Notes: a model not told the origin generated them from the letters alone. Positions 10,556-20,304 are shown, counted from the stretch's first letter. The stretch is 64,000 nt of DNA from Rivularia sp. T60_A2020_040 (GCA_015272215.1 JACYMD010000048.1:4874-68873), one strand, 5' to 3'. Made by a program: numbers and translations.

Positions 10556-11290
10556 TTAATAAGCTCCGTTATCTTTCGGTATGACCACAACAGCAACCGT
10601 TTTCAAAATAATCCATAAATCTAGCCAAAAACTTTTAAATTTGACATAGTACAAATCTATTTGAACTCTTCTAGGATAAGGAATATCATTGCGTCCAGAG
10701 ACTTGCCATAAACCAGTAATTCCCGGTCTGATAGTCAAAATTTGATTAATATGACATCCATATTTTGGCAATTCTTCTGCTACTAAAGGTCGAGGTCCAA
10801 CGACACTCATATCCCCTTTTAAAACATTCCAAAACTGAGGAAATTCATCTAAACTGGTAATTCGCAAAAACTTCCCGATTGTCGTAATTCTAGGGTCTTG
10901 TTTGAGTTTAAAACTGTTCTGAAATTCCTGCTTGAACTGGGGTGATGTTTCCATCATTTGGATCAAAAGTTCATCGGCATTAGTCACCATTGTGCGAAAT
11001 TTAATACAATTAAACCGCTGATAATTTTTCCCGACTCTTTCCTGAATATAAAAAATTGGGCCATGGGAGCTTAAAGCAATCAGCAAAGCCAGAATTAAGT
11101 AAACAGGAGAAAACACAATTAGTACTAACAGGGAAAATATTATATCGAACAGTCGCTTAGCTTTCTCTCCGTTTAAAGTTTCAAAAGAAAAACCAAGGGG
11201 CTTAAATTTTGGCTTACTTTTCTGGTGACTGCGCTTAAATAAAGTCCGCGTAATCTTACCGGAGAGAAGTGAGGTCTGTGCCGTCATCAT
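10556..11290 (-). CDS. Undecaprenyl-phosphate sugar phosphotransferase (WbaP/RfbP-like)
   Basis: KRLFDIIFS, KFRTM, DPRITTIGKFLRITSLDEFPQFWNVLKGDMSVVGPRP, RPGITGLWQVSGRN. Start placed at the ATG at 11290, directly after AAGGAGT. Confidence 0.9.
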   Translation of the reverse strand: MMTAQTSLLSGKITRTLFKRSHQKSKPKFKPLGFSFETLNGEKAKRLFDIIFSLLVLIVFSPVYLILALLIALSSHGPIFYIQERVGKNYQRFNCIKFRTMVTNADELLIQMMETSPQFKQEFQNSFKLKQDPRITTIGKFLRITSLDEFPQFWNVLKGDMSVVGPRPLVAEELPKYGCHINQILTIRPGITGLWQVSGRNDIPYPRRVQIDLYYVKFKSFWLDLWIILKTVAVVVIPKDNGAY

Positions 11291-11313
11291 ACTCCTTACA
11301 ATCCACACCACAC
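11291..11313 (-). promoter_or_regulatory. Putative Yfr1 sRNA target site overlapping the RBS
   Basis: The mRNA reads GUGUGGUGUG-GAUUGUA-AGGAGU-AUG. This is complementary (10+6 nt, 7-nt bulge) to the Yfr1 loop ACUCCUCACACCACAC as recalled. Confidence 0.6.
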
Positions 11314-11397
11314 ATAGTCCCAATCTTAAAGCTTATGGAGCTTTTAAAAGTGCTTGGGAAGCAAATTTACTTTATTCTTCCATTCTGAAATAGAGAA

Positions 11398-12558
11398 TCA
11401 AGTTTTTATCTCCCTTTTATTGCTTTTTTGCTCACAGGTATGTACAAAGTCGAGATAACGAGAAGCAAACATTTCCTTGGAGAATTGAGTAGCGTGCTTT
11501 CTAGCATATTCAGGGTTAAATTTTTCTCTGTTAGCTTCAAAAGTTTCTACTGCTTCCATTAGAGATGCTTCTGTTTGCTGATTAAAAAATGTACCCGTTC
11601 CTGTATCCCCATAAGAACGAATATCTCGCACCGTTTCCAAAGCACCACCAGCACCATAGGCAATTACCGGAGTACCACAAGCTTGCGCTTCGACTAAGGC
11701 AATACCAAAGTCTTCACAAGCAGCATAGACAAAACCTCGGGCTTTAGCCATATAATTTTTTACCACATCATCGGGCTGCCATCCTAATATTTGGATGTTG
11801 GATTTCGCTATCTTCTGGATTTTATCCATATCATTTCCAGTGCCAATTATTACCAAAGGTTTTTTTAATTTATTAAAAGCTTCGACAATTAAAGTTACTT
11901 GCTTATAACTTACTAACCGGGAAACGGTAAGGTAAAAATCTTCTTTTTCAGATAAAAAGGGAAACTCTTCGGTATTTACGGGTGGATATATAATTTTTGC
12001 GTCTCTTCTATAACACCTCCAAATTCTCCGGGCAGTATGGGCGCTATTCGCAATAAAGTAATCTACACGATTAGCACTCACTACATCCCACTGTCTTAGC
12101 CGATGCAGTACATAGCGCGTAGCCCATCCAGCCATTCCTTTCCCTAGATTGCTTGCTCGCAAATAATCAAAAGTTAAATCCCAAGCGTAGCGCATGGGAC
12201 TGTGGCAGTAACAAATATGTATTTGGTCTGGAGTGGTCAAAACACCTTTGGCAACTGCATGAGATGAAGACAGGATTACATCATATTCACGTAAATCCAG
12301 TTGTTCGATCGCCAATGGCAGAAACGGCAAGTATTTTTGGACACCTTGTTTTCCTGCGGGAAAATGCTGTAAAAATGTTGTGCCAATTTGACGTTTATAC
12401 AAATAACTTTCCGGATTGCCGGATTCAAAATCAATCAGAGCATACAAGTCAGCATCAATATGATTCAAAATTTCCCGTACTACGAGTTCTGAACCACCTG
12501 TTGCTAATGGTGTAAGCCACTCATGCACCAAAGCATACTTTAAAGGCACAGTTAGCAT
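11398..12558 (-). CDS. Glycosyltransferase family 4 (mannosyltransferase-like)
   Basis: LVHEWL...GGSE, ILSSSHAVAKG, EDFGIALVEAQACGTPVIAYGAGGALETV. Confidence 0.9.
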   Translation of the reverse strand: MLTVPLKYALVHEWLTPLATGGSELVVREILNHIDADLYALIDFESGNPESYLYKRQIGTTFLQHFPAGKQGVQKYLPFLPLAIEQLDLREYDVILSSSHAVAKGVLTTPDQIHICYCHSPMRYAWDLTFDYLRASNLGKGMAGWATRYVLHRLRQWDVVSANRVDYFIANSAHTARRIWRCYRRDAKIIYPPVNTEEFPFLSEKEDFYLTVSRLVSYKQVTLIVEAFNKLKKPLVIIGTGNDMDKIQKIAKSNIQILGWQPDDVVKNYMAKARGFVYAACEDFGIALVEAQACGTPVIAYGAGGALETVRDIRSYGDTGTGTFFNQQTEASLMEAVETFEANREKFNPEYARKHATQFSKEMFASRYLDFVHTCEQKSNKREIKT

Positions 12559-12806
12559 TCATAGATAAAGAACAATTTTTTAGTTAAAAGAAAAGTAAAT
12601 AACCATTTTGCTGACCTATTTCCCACAATATAAGTTCCTGTGAACATACCGCAACCTGATAATCTCAAAAAGGATGAAGTTTTTGTGTCTATGACGTTAC
12701 TCAAGAATTGATTTCAAAAAAATATGTAACTTTTTTGACCGACATTCTTAGTGCTTCATTCTCAGTTTTGTTTTTGCCCACAAGTAATTTATATAGTAGG
12801 GATTCA

Positions 12807-13745
12807 ATGCGAATTTTAATTATGGGAGGCACTCGGTTTATCGGTGTCTATCTAACTCAAATATTAGTAGAACAAGGACATTCTGTAGTACTTTTTAATC
12901 GCGGTAATCGTCCCTTACCTTCTCCACAGTTAACTCAAATAAACGGCGATCGCACTGATCCAAATCAACTAAAAGAAAAGTTAAGCAAGGAAGATTTTGA
13001 TGTAATTTTTGACAACAATGGTCGGGAAATTACTGATACTCAACCATTAGCAGAAATTTTTCAAAACCGTTTGCAGCATTTTGTTTATATGAGTTCTGCT
13101 GGAGTATATCTCAAATCTGATATTCTACCTCATGTAGAAGGAGATGCAGTAGACCCTAACAGTCGTCACAAGGGTAAACATCATACAGAAAGTTATCTTG
13201 CAGAAAATGGCTTTCCTTTTACCTCCATTCGTCCCACCTATATTTACGGACCTCAAAATTACAACGATTTAGAAGCTTGGTTTTTTGATAGAATTATTCG
13301 TAACCGTCCCCTGCCCATTCCCGGTAATGGATTACATATTACTCAATTGGGTCACGTTAAAGACTTAGCTTCAGCAATGGCTCAAGTTATAGGCAATTCT
13401 ACAGCAATACAACAAATTTACAACATTTCGGGAAATCGTTACGTTACCTTTGACGGTTTAGCTCGTGCTTGTGCTGTCGCTGTCGGTAAATCACCCGATG
13501 ATATTCAAATAGTACATTACGACCCGAAAAAGTTTGATTTTGGCAAACGTAAAGCTTTTCCTATGAGAATGCAGCACTTTTTTGCATCGGTTGATAAAGC
13601 CATGACACAATTAAATTGGCATCCAGATTACGATTTAGTTTCTGGATTGAAAGATTCATTTCACAATGACTATTTAACATCAGAACGAGATAAATCAGAA
13701 ATTGATTTTTCAGTTGATGAGGAGATTTTAAAAGCAGTAATTTAG
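12807..13745 (+). CDS. NAD-dependent epimerase/dehydratase-fold protein, CSP41/CRB (chloroplast stem-loop RNA-binding) homolog
   Basis: MRILIMGGTRFIG, SSAGVYLKSD, FTSIRPTYIYGP, FPMRMQHFFAS. Start moved to the ATG at 12807. Confidence 0.8.
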   Translation: MRILIMGGTRFIGVYLTQILVEQGHSVVLFNRGNRPLPSPQLTQINGDRTDPNQLKEKLSKEDFDVIFDNNGREITDTQPLAEIFQNRLQHFVYMSSAGVYLKSDILPHVEGDAVDPNSRHKGKHHTESYLAENGFPFTSIRPTYIYGPQNYNDLEAWFFDRIIRNRPLPIPGNGLHITQLGHVKDLASAMAQVIGNSTAIQQIYNISGNRYVTFDGLARACAVAVGKSPDDIQIVHYDPKKFDFGKRKAFPMRMQHFFASVDKAMTQLNWHPDYDLVSGLKDSFHNDYLTSERDKSEIDFSVDEEILKAVI

Positions 13746-13870
13746 ATAGTTAATTAGTCGCTTGTACGTTGGGTTAGACACGAAAATTAAATTGAATTTC
13801 TAACGAAAATTTCTATTTATATTAATCGTGTCGTAACCCAACATGATGATAGTCGATAAATAGTCACCCA

Positions 13871-14053
13871 GAGAATAAAATTCTCTGTCTCATAGCAAAA
13901 GTCCTCTTAAGAGGACTGTTAAATTTTTGAATGTAATAAATATTAATTATGATTGTATAGTTAGTAAGTTGATTTAAATACATAAAGACTAGATCATTCA
14001 TTTTTTAGTCCTCTTGAGAGGACTTACCCTATTAGACGGAGAATTGCATTCTC
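13871..14053. mobile_element. REP/MITE-like element with two 47-bp inverted arms, each a double hairpin
   Basis: Arm 13871-13917 matches the reverse complement of arm 14007-14053 at 39/47 positions by manual alignment. A related single arm lies at 44476-44523. Confidence 0.65.
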
Positions 14054-14133
14054 CGTCGGGCTAAAATATAAACTCATCCATTTTAATGCGGTTGATTAAT
14101 ACCAACATTCTCTCTACAATAAGACACCTAAAT

Positions 14134-14688
14134 CTAATTGCATTTGCAATAATAGTCGATAAAATCATATAAATCTCCATGAAAGCCCCAATGATTAGAA
14201 TTGAGATTTGAAAAGAGATGAGATAAAAAACTTATTATAAAGACTAGAAAATTTTGATTAATAAACATATTAATATTTGCTGAAGCCTCTTTTATCAAAA
14301 TGCAAATGAAAAAAGCAATAATCACTCTACCGCAACAATATTCTTTATCTTGATTTATTCTAATTAGAAAACCAATCCAAAATAGGATATCTTTATCGTA
14401 AGGCTGATTTTGGTCGCAATTAACCCATGCTTCTGCTATTAAATAGCCATTTTCAAATCTTTCTAAACGTACTTTAAAAATACAAAAACCCATCCAACTA
14501 CGATGGAAATACAGCCAATCGTCTTCAAGATAAATAAACCATTTATCATCCATTGACATGGGAATTAGTCCCCAAGTCAGATATTTATATTCTTCTTTAG
14601 TAAAAATTTCCTCAATCTGTAGCCAAGTTTTTAACTCTGGCATTGGCTGTATTTTCCAATCGCTACGGGTAGCTTTTTTCAGATTCAT
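14134..14688 (-). CDS. Hypothetical protein (Trp/aromatic-rich N-terminal domain, hydrophobic C-terminus)
   Basis: ATG overlaps the pgsA stop (ATGA). The segment ATRSDWKIQPMP...GLIPMSMDDKWFIYLEDDWLYFHRSW resembles a recurrent uncharacterised bacterial domain. Confidence 0.55.
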   Translation of the reverse strand: MNLKKATRSDWKIQPMPELKTWLQIEEIFTKEEYKYLTWGLIPMSMDDKWFIYLEDDWLYFHRSWMGFCIFKVRLERFENGYLIAEAWVNCDQNQPYDKDILFWIGFLIRINQDKEYCCGRVIIAFFICILIKEASANINMFINQNFLVFIISFLSHLFSNLNSNHWGFHGDLYDFIDYYCKCN

Positions 14689-15218
14689 TTCACAACCACT
14701 TGACTTTCTTCCGTAGTCTTTTGCGGTAAAAGATAAATTGCACCACTAATTAAAGTTAAAGCTACAGATACCCAAAAAGCAATTAAAGAAGGTAATTCCC
14801 ATTGTGCAGGTAAAGGAGCAATTAACAGCGCGATCGCAATTATTTGAGTTACAGTTTTGAGTTTTCCCCAAATATTTGCACCGCTGATTTTTGGTTGACT
14901 AACTCTCCAACCAGCAATCGCCAATTCTCGTCCTAATATTAAAAATACTCCCCATGCTGGAATTTGCCCTAGTTCAATTAAAGAAAGCATTGGAGCAAGT
15001 ACCAGTAATTTATCTACTAAAGGATCAAGAAATTTACCTAAATCGCTTACTTGGTTCAACTTTCTAGCTAAATATCCATCTAACCAGTCTGTAGCCGCAG
15101 CAATAATAAAAATTGTTAAGCACACCCATCTTGCTTGGGGTGTCGGGTTATGTAAACCATAAATAATAAACGGTATACCTAACAAACGAGAGAAAGTAAT
15201 CCAGTTGGGAAGAGTCAT
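14685..15218 (-). CDS. pgsA: CDP-diacylglycerol--glycerol-3-phosphate 3-phosphatidyltransferase
   Basis: TLPNWITFSR and the CDP-alcohol phosphotransferase motif DWLDGYLARKLNQVSDLGKFLDPLVDK. Confidence 0.92.
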   Translation of the reverse strand: MTLPNWITFSRLLGIPFIIYGLHNPTPQARWVCLTIFIIAAATDWLDGYLARKLNQVSDLGKFLDPLVDKLLVLAPMLSLIELGQIPAWGVFLILGRELAIAGWRVSQPKISGANIWGKLKTVTQIIAIALLIAPLPAQWELPSLIAFWVSVALTLISGAIYLLPQKTTEESQVVVK

Positions 15219-15221
15219 TCG

Positions 15222-15345
15222 ATTTTAGATTTTAGATTTTGGATTTTGGATTTAGTTGTTGCTTGATAGTTGATAGTGGTTAGTTGTTGGTTGTTGGTTG
15301 TTGGGTGATAACTGATAATTGATAACTGTTAACTGATAACTGAAC
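15222..15345. repeat. Mixed STRR heptamer arrays (GATTTTA, GTTGTTG, TGATAAC types)
   Basis: Fill the divergent pgsA/aspA intergenic region. Confidence 0.8.
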
Positions 15346-15348
15346 ACC

Positions 15349-16752
15349 ATGACTGATTCACAATTTCGCATCGAAAGCGATTCAATGGGCGATCGCCAAA
15401 TTCCTAGTAGCGCTTATTACGGGATTCAAACTCTACGAGCTACGGAAAACTTCGCTATTAGCGGCATTAAGCCTTTATCTACTTACGTAGATGCCTGCGT
15501 CATCATTAAAAAAGCTACCGCTACTGTGAATGGGGAATTAGGTTGTATACCCCAAGATATTAGCCAAGCTATTATACAAGCTGCTGATGAAATACTCGCG
15601 GGTAAGTTTCGTGACCAGTTTGTAGTCGATGTTTATCAAGCAGGTGCCGGTACTTCTCATCACATGAATGTAAATGAAGTGCTAGCAAATCGCGCTTTGG
15701 AAATTTTAGGAGATCAAAAAGGTAACTATAAGCGTGTTAGTCCTAACGACCATGTTAACTACGGTCAGTCTACCAACGATGTGATTCCCACAGCAATTAG
15801 AATTGGTGGACTTTTGGCTCTTTCCAAAACATTGTATCCCGCTTTAGACAATGCCATTATTACTTTGTCACAAAAAGCCTTAGAATTTAAAGATATTGTA
15901 AAGTCCGGTCGAACTCATCTACAAGATGCTGTACCAGTACGTTTGGGAGATACTTTTGCCGCTTGGGAGCAAATTCTTCGAGAACATCAAAATCGAATTA
16001 ACACCGCCGCTGAGGATTTAATGGTACTCGGTTTAGGAGGAAGTGCAGCGGGTACGGGGTTAAACACCCATCCCCAATATCGCGCAAGTGCGGTTAAAAT
16101 TCTTTCAGGATTAATCAATTCTCCTTTAAAAGAAGCTACTCATCTCATGGCTGCAATGCAAAGTATGGCACCATTTGTCAATGTATCTGGTGCTTTACGC
16201 AATCTAGCTCAAGATTTAATTAAGATATCCCACGATTTACGCCTTATGGATTCGGGACCAAAAACTGGTTTCAAAGAAATTCAATTACCACCAGTACAAC
16301 CGGGTTCCTCGATTATGCCTGGAAAATATAATCCCGTGATGGCTGAGATGACATCAATGGTGTGTTTTCAAGTAATCGGTTACGACACTGCGATTAATTA
16401 TGCAGCACAAGCAGGACAATTAGAACTAAATGTAATGATGCCCTTGATTGCTTACGATTTGATTCATAGTATTGAAATACTTGGGCAAACCATTGAAGCA
16501 CTCACTTCTCGTTGCATCCAAGGAATTACTGCTTTTACACAACGTTGTTTAGACTACGCCGAAGCAAGTTTAGCCTTAGTAACAGCATTAAATCCACATA
16601 TCGGATATCTCAATGCAGCAGCCATCGCCAAAGAATCCATGGACACAGGAAAGTCCCTCAGACAGATTGTAATCGAAAAAGGGTTAATGAGTGAACAAAA
16701 ATTAGCCGAAGTATTAAATCTCCAACAAATGAGCAATATTCTCAATAGTTGA
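15349..16752 (+). CDS. aspA: Aspartate ammonia-lyase (fumarase/aspartase superfamily)
   Basis: Signature GSSIMPGKYNP. YQAGAGTSHHMNVNE is AspA-type, whereas FumC has WQTGSGTQTNMN. Confidence 0.8.
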   Translation: MTDSQFRIESDSMGDRQIPSSAYYGIQTLRATENFAISGIKPLSTYVDACVIIKKATATVNGELGCIPQDISQAIIQAADEILAGKFRDQFVVDVYQAGAGTSHHMNVNEVLANRALEILGDQKGNYKRVSPNDHVNYGQSTNDVIPTAIRIGGLLALSKTLYPALDNAIITLSQKALEFKDIVKSGRTHLQDAVPVRLGDTFAAWEQILREHQNRINTAAEDLMVLGLGGSAAGTGLNTHPQYRASAVKILSGLINSPLKEATHLMAAMQSMAPFVNVSGALRNLAQDLIKISHDLRLMDSGPKTGFKEIQLPPVQPGSSIMPGKYNPVMAEMTSMVCFQVIGYDTAINYAAQAGQLELNVMMPLIAYDLIHSIEILGQTIEALTSRCIQGITAFTQRCLDYAEASLALVTALNPHIGYLNAAAIAKESMDTGKSLRQIVIEKGLMSEQKLAEVLNLQQMSNILNS

Positions 16753-16910
16753 CAGTTGACAGTGGACAGTGGACAGTTGACAGTTGACTCAAAACTCATA
16801 ACTCATAACTCCTAACTCAAAACTCATAACTCCTAACTCATAACTCATAACTCCTAATTCCGGTGGCACTAAACTCTCAATCCAAAATCCAAAATCCAAA
16901 ATCTAAAATC
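16747..16910. repeat. Stacked STRR heptamer arrays (TTGACAG, AACTCAT, AAAATCC types)
   Basis: Three different heptamer families in series downstream of aspA. Confidence 0.85.
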
Positions 16911-17015
16911 CGAAAGTCCACATTAAAAAGTGTCCCTAGTTTTTACTGATGGGCATTAGTCAAAATACGATTAAGTTAAGCTGTGACAAAACCACAGAAA
17001 GAAAAAACTACGTCA

Positions 17016-18011
17016 ATGCAGACTCAAACACCATCTGTCAGTTTAATTAGGGCTACTTCTTATGAAGTGGAACGATTAAAAGAATCTTTAGAAACTCTAT
17101 TAGAACCCTTGGGTGGAATTGCAGCATTTGTGAAAAATGGCGTTCAGCCTCGCTGCGCCGAAGGTGTTCGCGTTTTACTCAAACCTAATTTACTTACAGG
17201 TTCGCGTCCTACTTCTGAATGTACCACACGTCCGGAAATAGTTTACGCGGTGGCGAGTATGGTAATTGATGCTGGTGGTAAGCCATTTTTAGGAGATAGC
17301 CCCGCATTTGGTAGCGCAAAAGGAGTCGCCCTAGCCAATGGATATGAATGGGTTTTAAAACAACTTAATCTTCCCATAATTGAGTTTCACTCTCAGCGTT
17401 ACGAAATCGTCAACGATAATTTCAACCACCTGCTGCTGTCAAAAGAGACGATGGAAGCCGATGTAGTTATCAACTTACCCAAAGTCAAATCTCATTCTCA
17501 ATTAGTATTGACTTTGGGAGTGAAAAACTTATTTGGTTGTGTACCCGGTAAAATGAAAGCTTGGTGGCACATGGAAGCAGGGAAAGATGCCAACCGTTTT
17601 GGAGAAATGTTGGTGGAGACTGCCAAAGCTATTAACCCCAATTTAACAATTATAGACGGAATTATCGGTCATGAAGGCAACGGCCCGAGCGGTGGTGAAC
17701 CCCGTGCTTTAGGAATTTTGGGTGCATCAAAAGACGTATTTGCTTTGGATAGAGCCATAATAGAAATACTCAAAGTTGCTCCCGAACAAATATCGACTAT
17801 TGCTGCATCAATGCGGTTGGGAATTTGTCCGCAACTAGATGCGATCGATTTTGTACAGTTACATCCTAACTTACTGCAAATAGATGATTGGCAATTACCC
17901 TCAAAATTGATGCCAATTGATTTTGGAATGCCCCGCGTAATTAAATCTACTTTTAGGCATCTTTACATCAGGTTTATTAAAGAAAAAATCAGCGCTTATA
18001 GCATTCGTTAA
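17016..18011 (+). CDS. DUF362 domain-containing protein (predicted Fe-S)
   Basis: VLLKPNLL, VGDSP-like FLGDSPAFG, INLPKVKSH, TLGVKNLFGCVPG, IIDGIIGHEGNGP. An upstream GTG at 16983 is an alternative start. Confidence 0.8.
   Translation: MQTQTPSVSLIRATSYEVERLKESLETLLEPLGGIAAFVKNGVQPRCAEGVRVLLKPNLLTGSRPTSECTTRPEIVYAVASMVIDAGGKPFLGDSPAFGSAKGVALANGYEWVLKQLNLPIIEFHSQRYEIVNDNFNHLLLSKETMEADVVINLPKVKSHSQLVLTLGVKNLFGCVPGKMKAWWHMEAGKDANRFGEMLVETAKAINPNLTIIDGIIGHEGNGPSGGEPRALGILGASKDVFALDRAIIEILKVAPEQISTIAASMRLGICPQLDAIDFVQLHPNLLQIDDWQLPSKLMPIDFGMPRVIKSTFRHLYIRFIKEKISAYSIR
17143..17166. mobile_element. 24-nt in-frame SDR-like insertion at a former HIP1 site
   Basis: GCG[TTCAGCCTCGCTGCGCCGAAGGTG]TTCGC. 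It converts the expected NGDRVLLKPN into NGVQPRCAEGVRVLLKPN (+8 aa). Confidence 0.65.
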
Positions 18012-18150
18012 ATTAATTGTTTCCAGCGGCGAATTTTATATTGCAAGTGCAAGCTTGGCTACAGCAATTTTATGTACTGCCAGAGTAAGCTGTAAATACC
18101 CTCCGATTGCTTAACCAAACCGCCCTATTTATTTTAGTGGCGGTTTTTTT
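18011..18150 (+). ncRNA. Candidate small RNA, possibly PsrR1 (SyR1)-like
   Basis: About 140-nt non-coding stretch with the core ATACCCTCCGATTGCTTAACCAAACCG (anti-SD-like CCCTCC) ending in an intrinsic terminator. The resemblance to PsrR1 is from memory only and the 5' end is uncertain. Confidence 0.45.
18117..18150 (+). terminator. Rho-independent terminator
   Basis: AAACCGCC...GGCGGTTT stem followed by a T7 tract. Confidence 0.8.
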
Positions 18151-18960
18151 AGTCCGGATTATTGTTAGAAATTGTGAGATTTTGTGATTTTTTATAGTTT
18201 GAATTGATAACACTCAATAGCCGCGATTTAACCTGCATTAAAACAATACTTAATCATCTATAACCCTTTAATAATTTTTGCAAAATTCTCCGGATATTAT
18301 TATCCTATTACTCAGCGTACCCATATTGTCACATCGACTTAATTTTTAATTATTTTTACTGAATTATATGTGAAGATTATTAGCAAATAATGGTCACTTA
18401 CTGTTACTTAAAAACCATTTAATTCTTCTGTAATTATGCGGTATAGAATTATTAATAAACCATTTGATTAAAGCATATTATCGATAATATATTTTGAGTG
18501 TAATTACTGATGAAGATGAAAAAAAACTGAAGTACACTCAAATGCTTTTCAACATTAAATAGCAAATATTCTTCTTTCTATATTGCTAAAAAGCTTACTG
18601 GGGAAGACTTTCTCATTCTGAAGGAAGATGATATTGACCCACTGATGTTTTAAAGTTAATATTAGTAAATAAACAAAATGTATTTTTTTTTGCATGAGAT
18701 TTAATCAATATAAGTTGTCGTCAACCCAGGCAATACGCAATTAAAAAGCGAGATAAGTTACAACTATTTTTAAAAGATATTTATGTATTACTTGGTATCA
18801 AGAGTTTCAAGTATAAATAAATATATAAAGTGAATGGCAAAACTGATTTAAATTATTGAATAATAGGTAGTTTCTAATCATAAAAAAAGCTAAAATAGTA
18901 ACAACTCTCTCTAATCAGAGAGCCGTAGCAACTAGTGATGTAAAGAGCTAAATAATTTAT

Positions 18961-19227
18961 ATGGATTCAAATAGTCAGTCTGCCAATACAGAGGAATTAC
19001 CTTCCCAACGTTTGGCAGACGTTGTAGGAACAGCGATTGCTATGTTAACTTTGACGTTACCGATGTTTGTAATTGGTCATTACTCTTCAAACGACGTTCA
19101 AGATAACCGGCAACCATCAACCTATAACTTACAAACAACTGACAATGATACAAAACTCATAAAAAGTGAAATTTCATCCATTTATAAAATGAATCAGCAC
19201 GCTTCGAGCTTCTCGAAAAAAAAGTAA
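18961..19227 (+). CDS. Small hypothetical protein with one hydrophobic segment
   Basis: ATG start; TM-like segment [19 protein letters not shown]; isolated ORF in a long AT-rich intergenic region. Confidence 0.55.
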   Translation: MDSNSQSANTEELPSQRLADVVGTAIAMLTLTLPMFVIGHYSSNDVQDNRQPSTYNLQTTDNDTKLIKSEISSIYKMNQHASSFSKKK

Positions 19228-19426
19228 CTTTTAGCAATTAGTAGAAGTAGTTTTCATGAAAATGATTTTGTTTTTCTACTTATAATTAAATTTTGTCGAG
19301 ATTTGTAGAGACGTAGAATTTTATTTCTCTACAGTTTTTTAGACTCCTATTGGGCATCGTCTCTATAGGGGCGTTTTTATTTATTATTGATATAATTCTC
19401 TTTCCCATGACTTTTTCGTGGGTTGT

Positions 19427-19487
19427 GAAGTCGGGTTTTTAGGACAATTATCTTTTTTCGAGATATTTAACTGAAAAACCCGACTTC
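19427..19487. repeat. ~61-bp dispersed palindromic element AAGTCGGGTTTTT-N-AAAAACCCGACTT (copies also at 22753-22813 and 53298-53357)
   Basis: Three copies with conserved ~13-bp inverted ends, unrelated interiors and near-constant length. Confidence 0.75.
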
Positions 19488-19687
19488 TAAGTCTTGCAAA
19501 TAGTACACTGAAACTATTGACATATAAACTAACTTACTTCTAAGAATGTGAACCCGGTTGTAAATTAGGCTTTTTTTATTTAAAGGGAATAAACTACTTT
19601 ATCGTAACGTCCATATTGACCTAAAATTCTACACGGGGAGACTGCAAACTCTCACCGAGAATTAATCAAAGCTTTAGGAGTACATCT

Positions 19688-20230
19688 GTGGACTTATCTC
19701 GTATCCCATCTCAACCAAAACCCGGTTTAATCAATGTTTTAATTGAAATTGTCGGTGGAAGTAAAAATAAATATGAATATGATAAAGATTTACAAGCATT
19801 TGCTTTAGATAGGGTGCTTTACTCATCAGTGCAATATCCCTATGACTATGGTTTCATCCCAAATACTTTAGCTGATGATGGCGATCCCCTCGATGGTATG
19901 GTAATAATGGATGAACCAACCTTCCCCGGTTGTGTAATTGCAGCACGACCCATCGGTATGTTAGAAATGATTGACGGTGGCGATCGCGATGAAAAAATTC
20001 TTTGTGTACCAGACAAAGATCCACGTTATGTGAACGTGAAATCACTCAAAGATTTAGCTCCCCATAAACTTGATGAAATCGCAGAATTTTTCCGTAGTTA
20101 CAAAAACTTAGAGAAAAAAGTCACCGAAATCCTTGGTTGGCAAGATGTAGATAAGGTAGCACCTTTAGTTGAACAATGCATCAAAGCAGGTAGCGAAAAA
20201 GGTCGAGATAGTGAGTCCGAAACTAAGTAA
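19688..20230 (+). CDS. ppa: Inorganic pyrophosphatase (family I)
   Basis: [40 protein letters not shown]; GTG start after AGGAG. Confidence 0.96.
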   Translation: MDLSRIPSQPKPGLINVLIEIVGGSKNKYEYDKDLQAFALDRVLYSSVQYPYDYGFIPNTLADDGDPLDGMVIMDEPTFPGCVIAARPIGMLEMIDGGDRDEKILCVPDKDPRYVNVKSLKDLAPHKLDEIAEFFRSYKNLEKKVTEILGWQDVDKVAPLVEQCIKAGSEKGRDSESETK

Positions 20231-20304
20231 AATTAAATCAGATATTTCCATCAAGTTTAATTTTTCCTGCAATTACCCCCTTTCCCTTAAAAGCTAATTA
20301 AACA

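Noticed and set aside
15349-16752. fumC (class II fumarase)
   Set aside because: The QAGAGTSHHMN motif fits AspA better than the FumC QTGSGTQTNMN, although activity cannot be proven from sequence.
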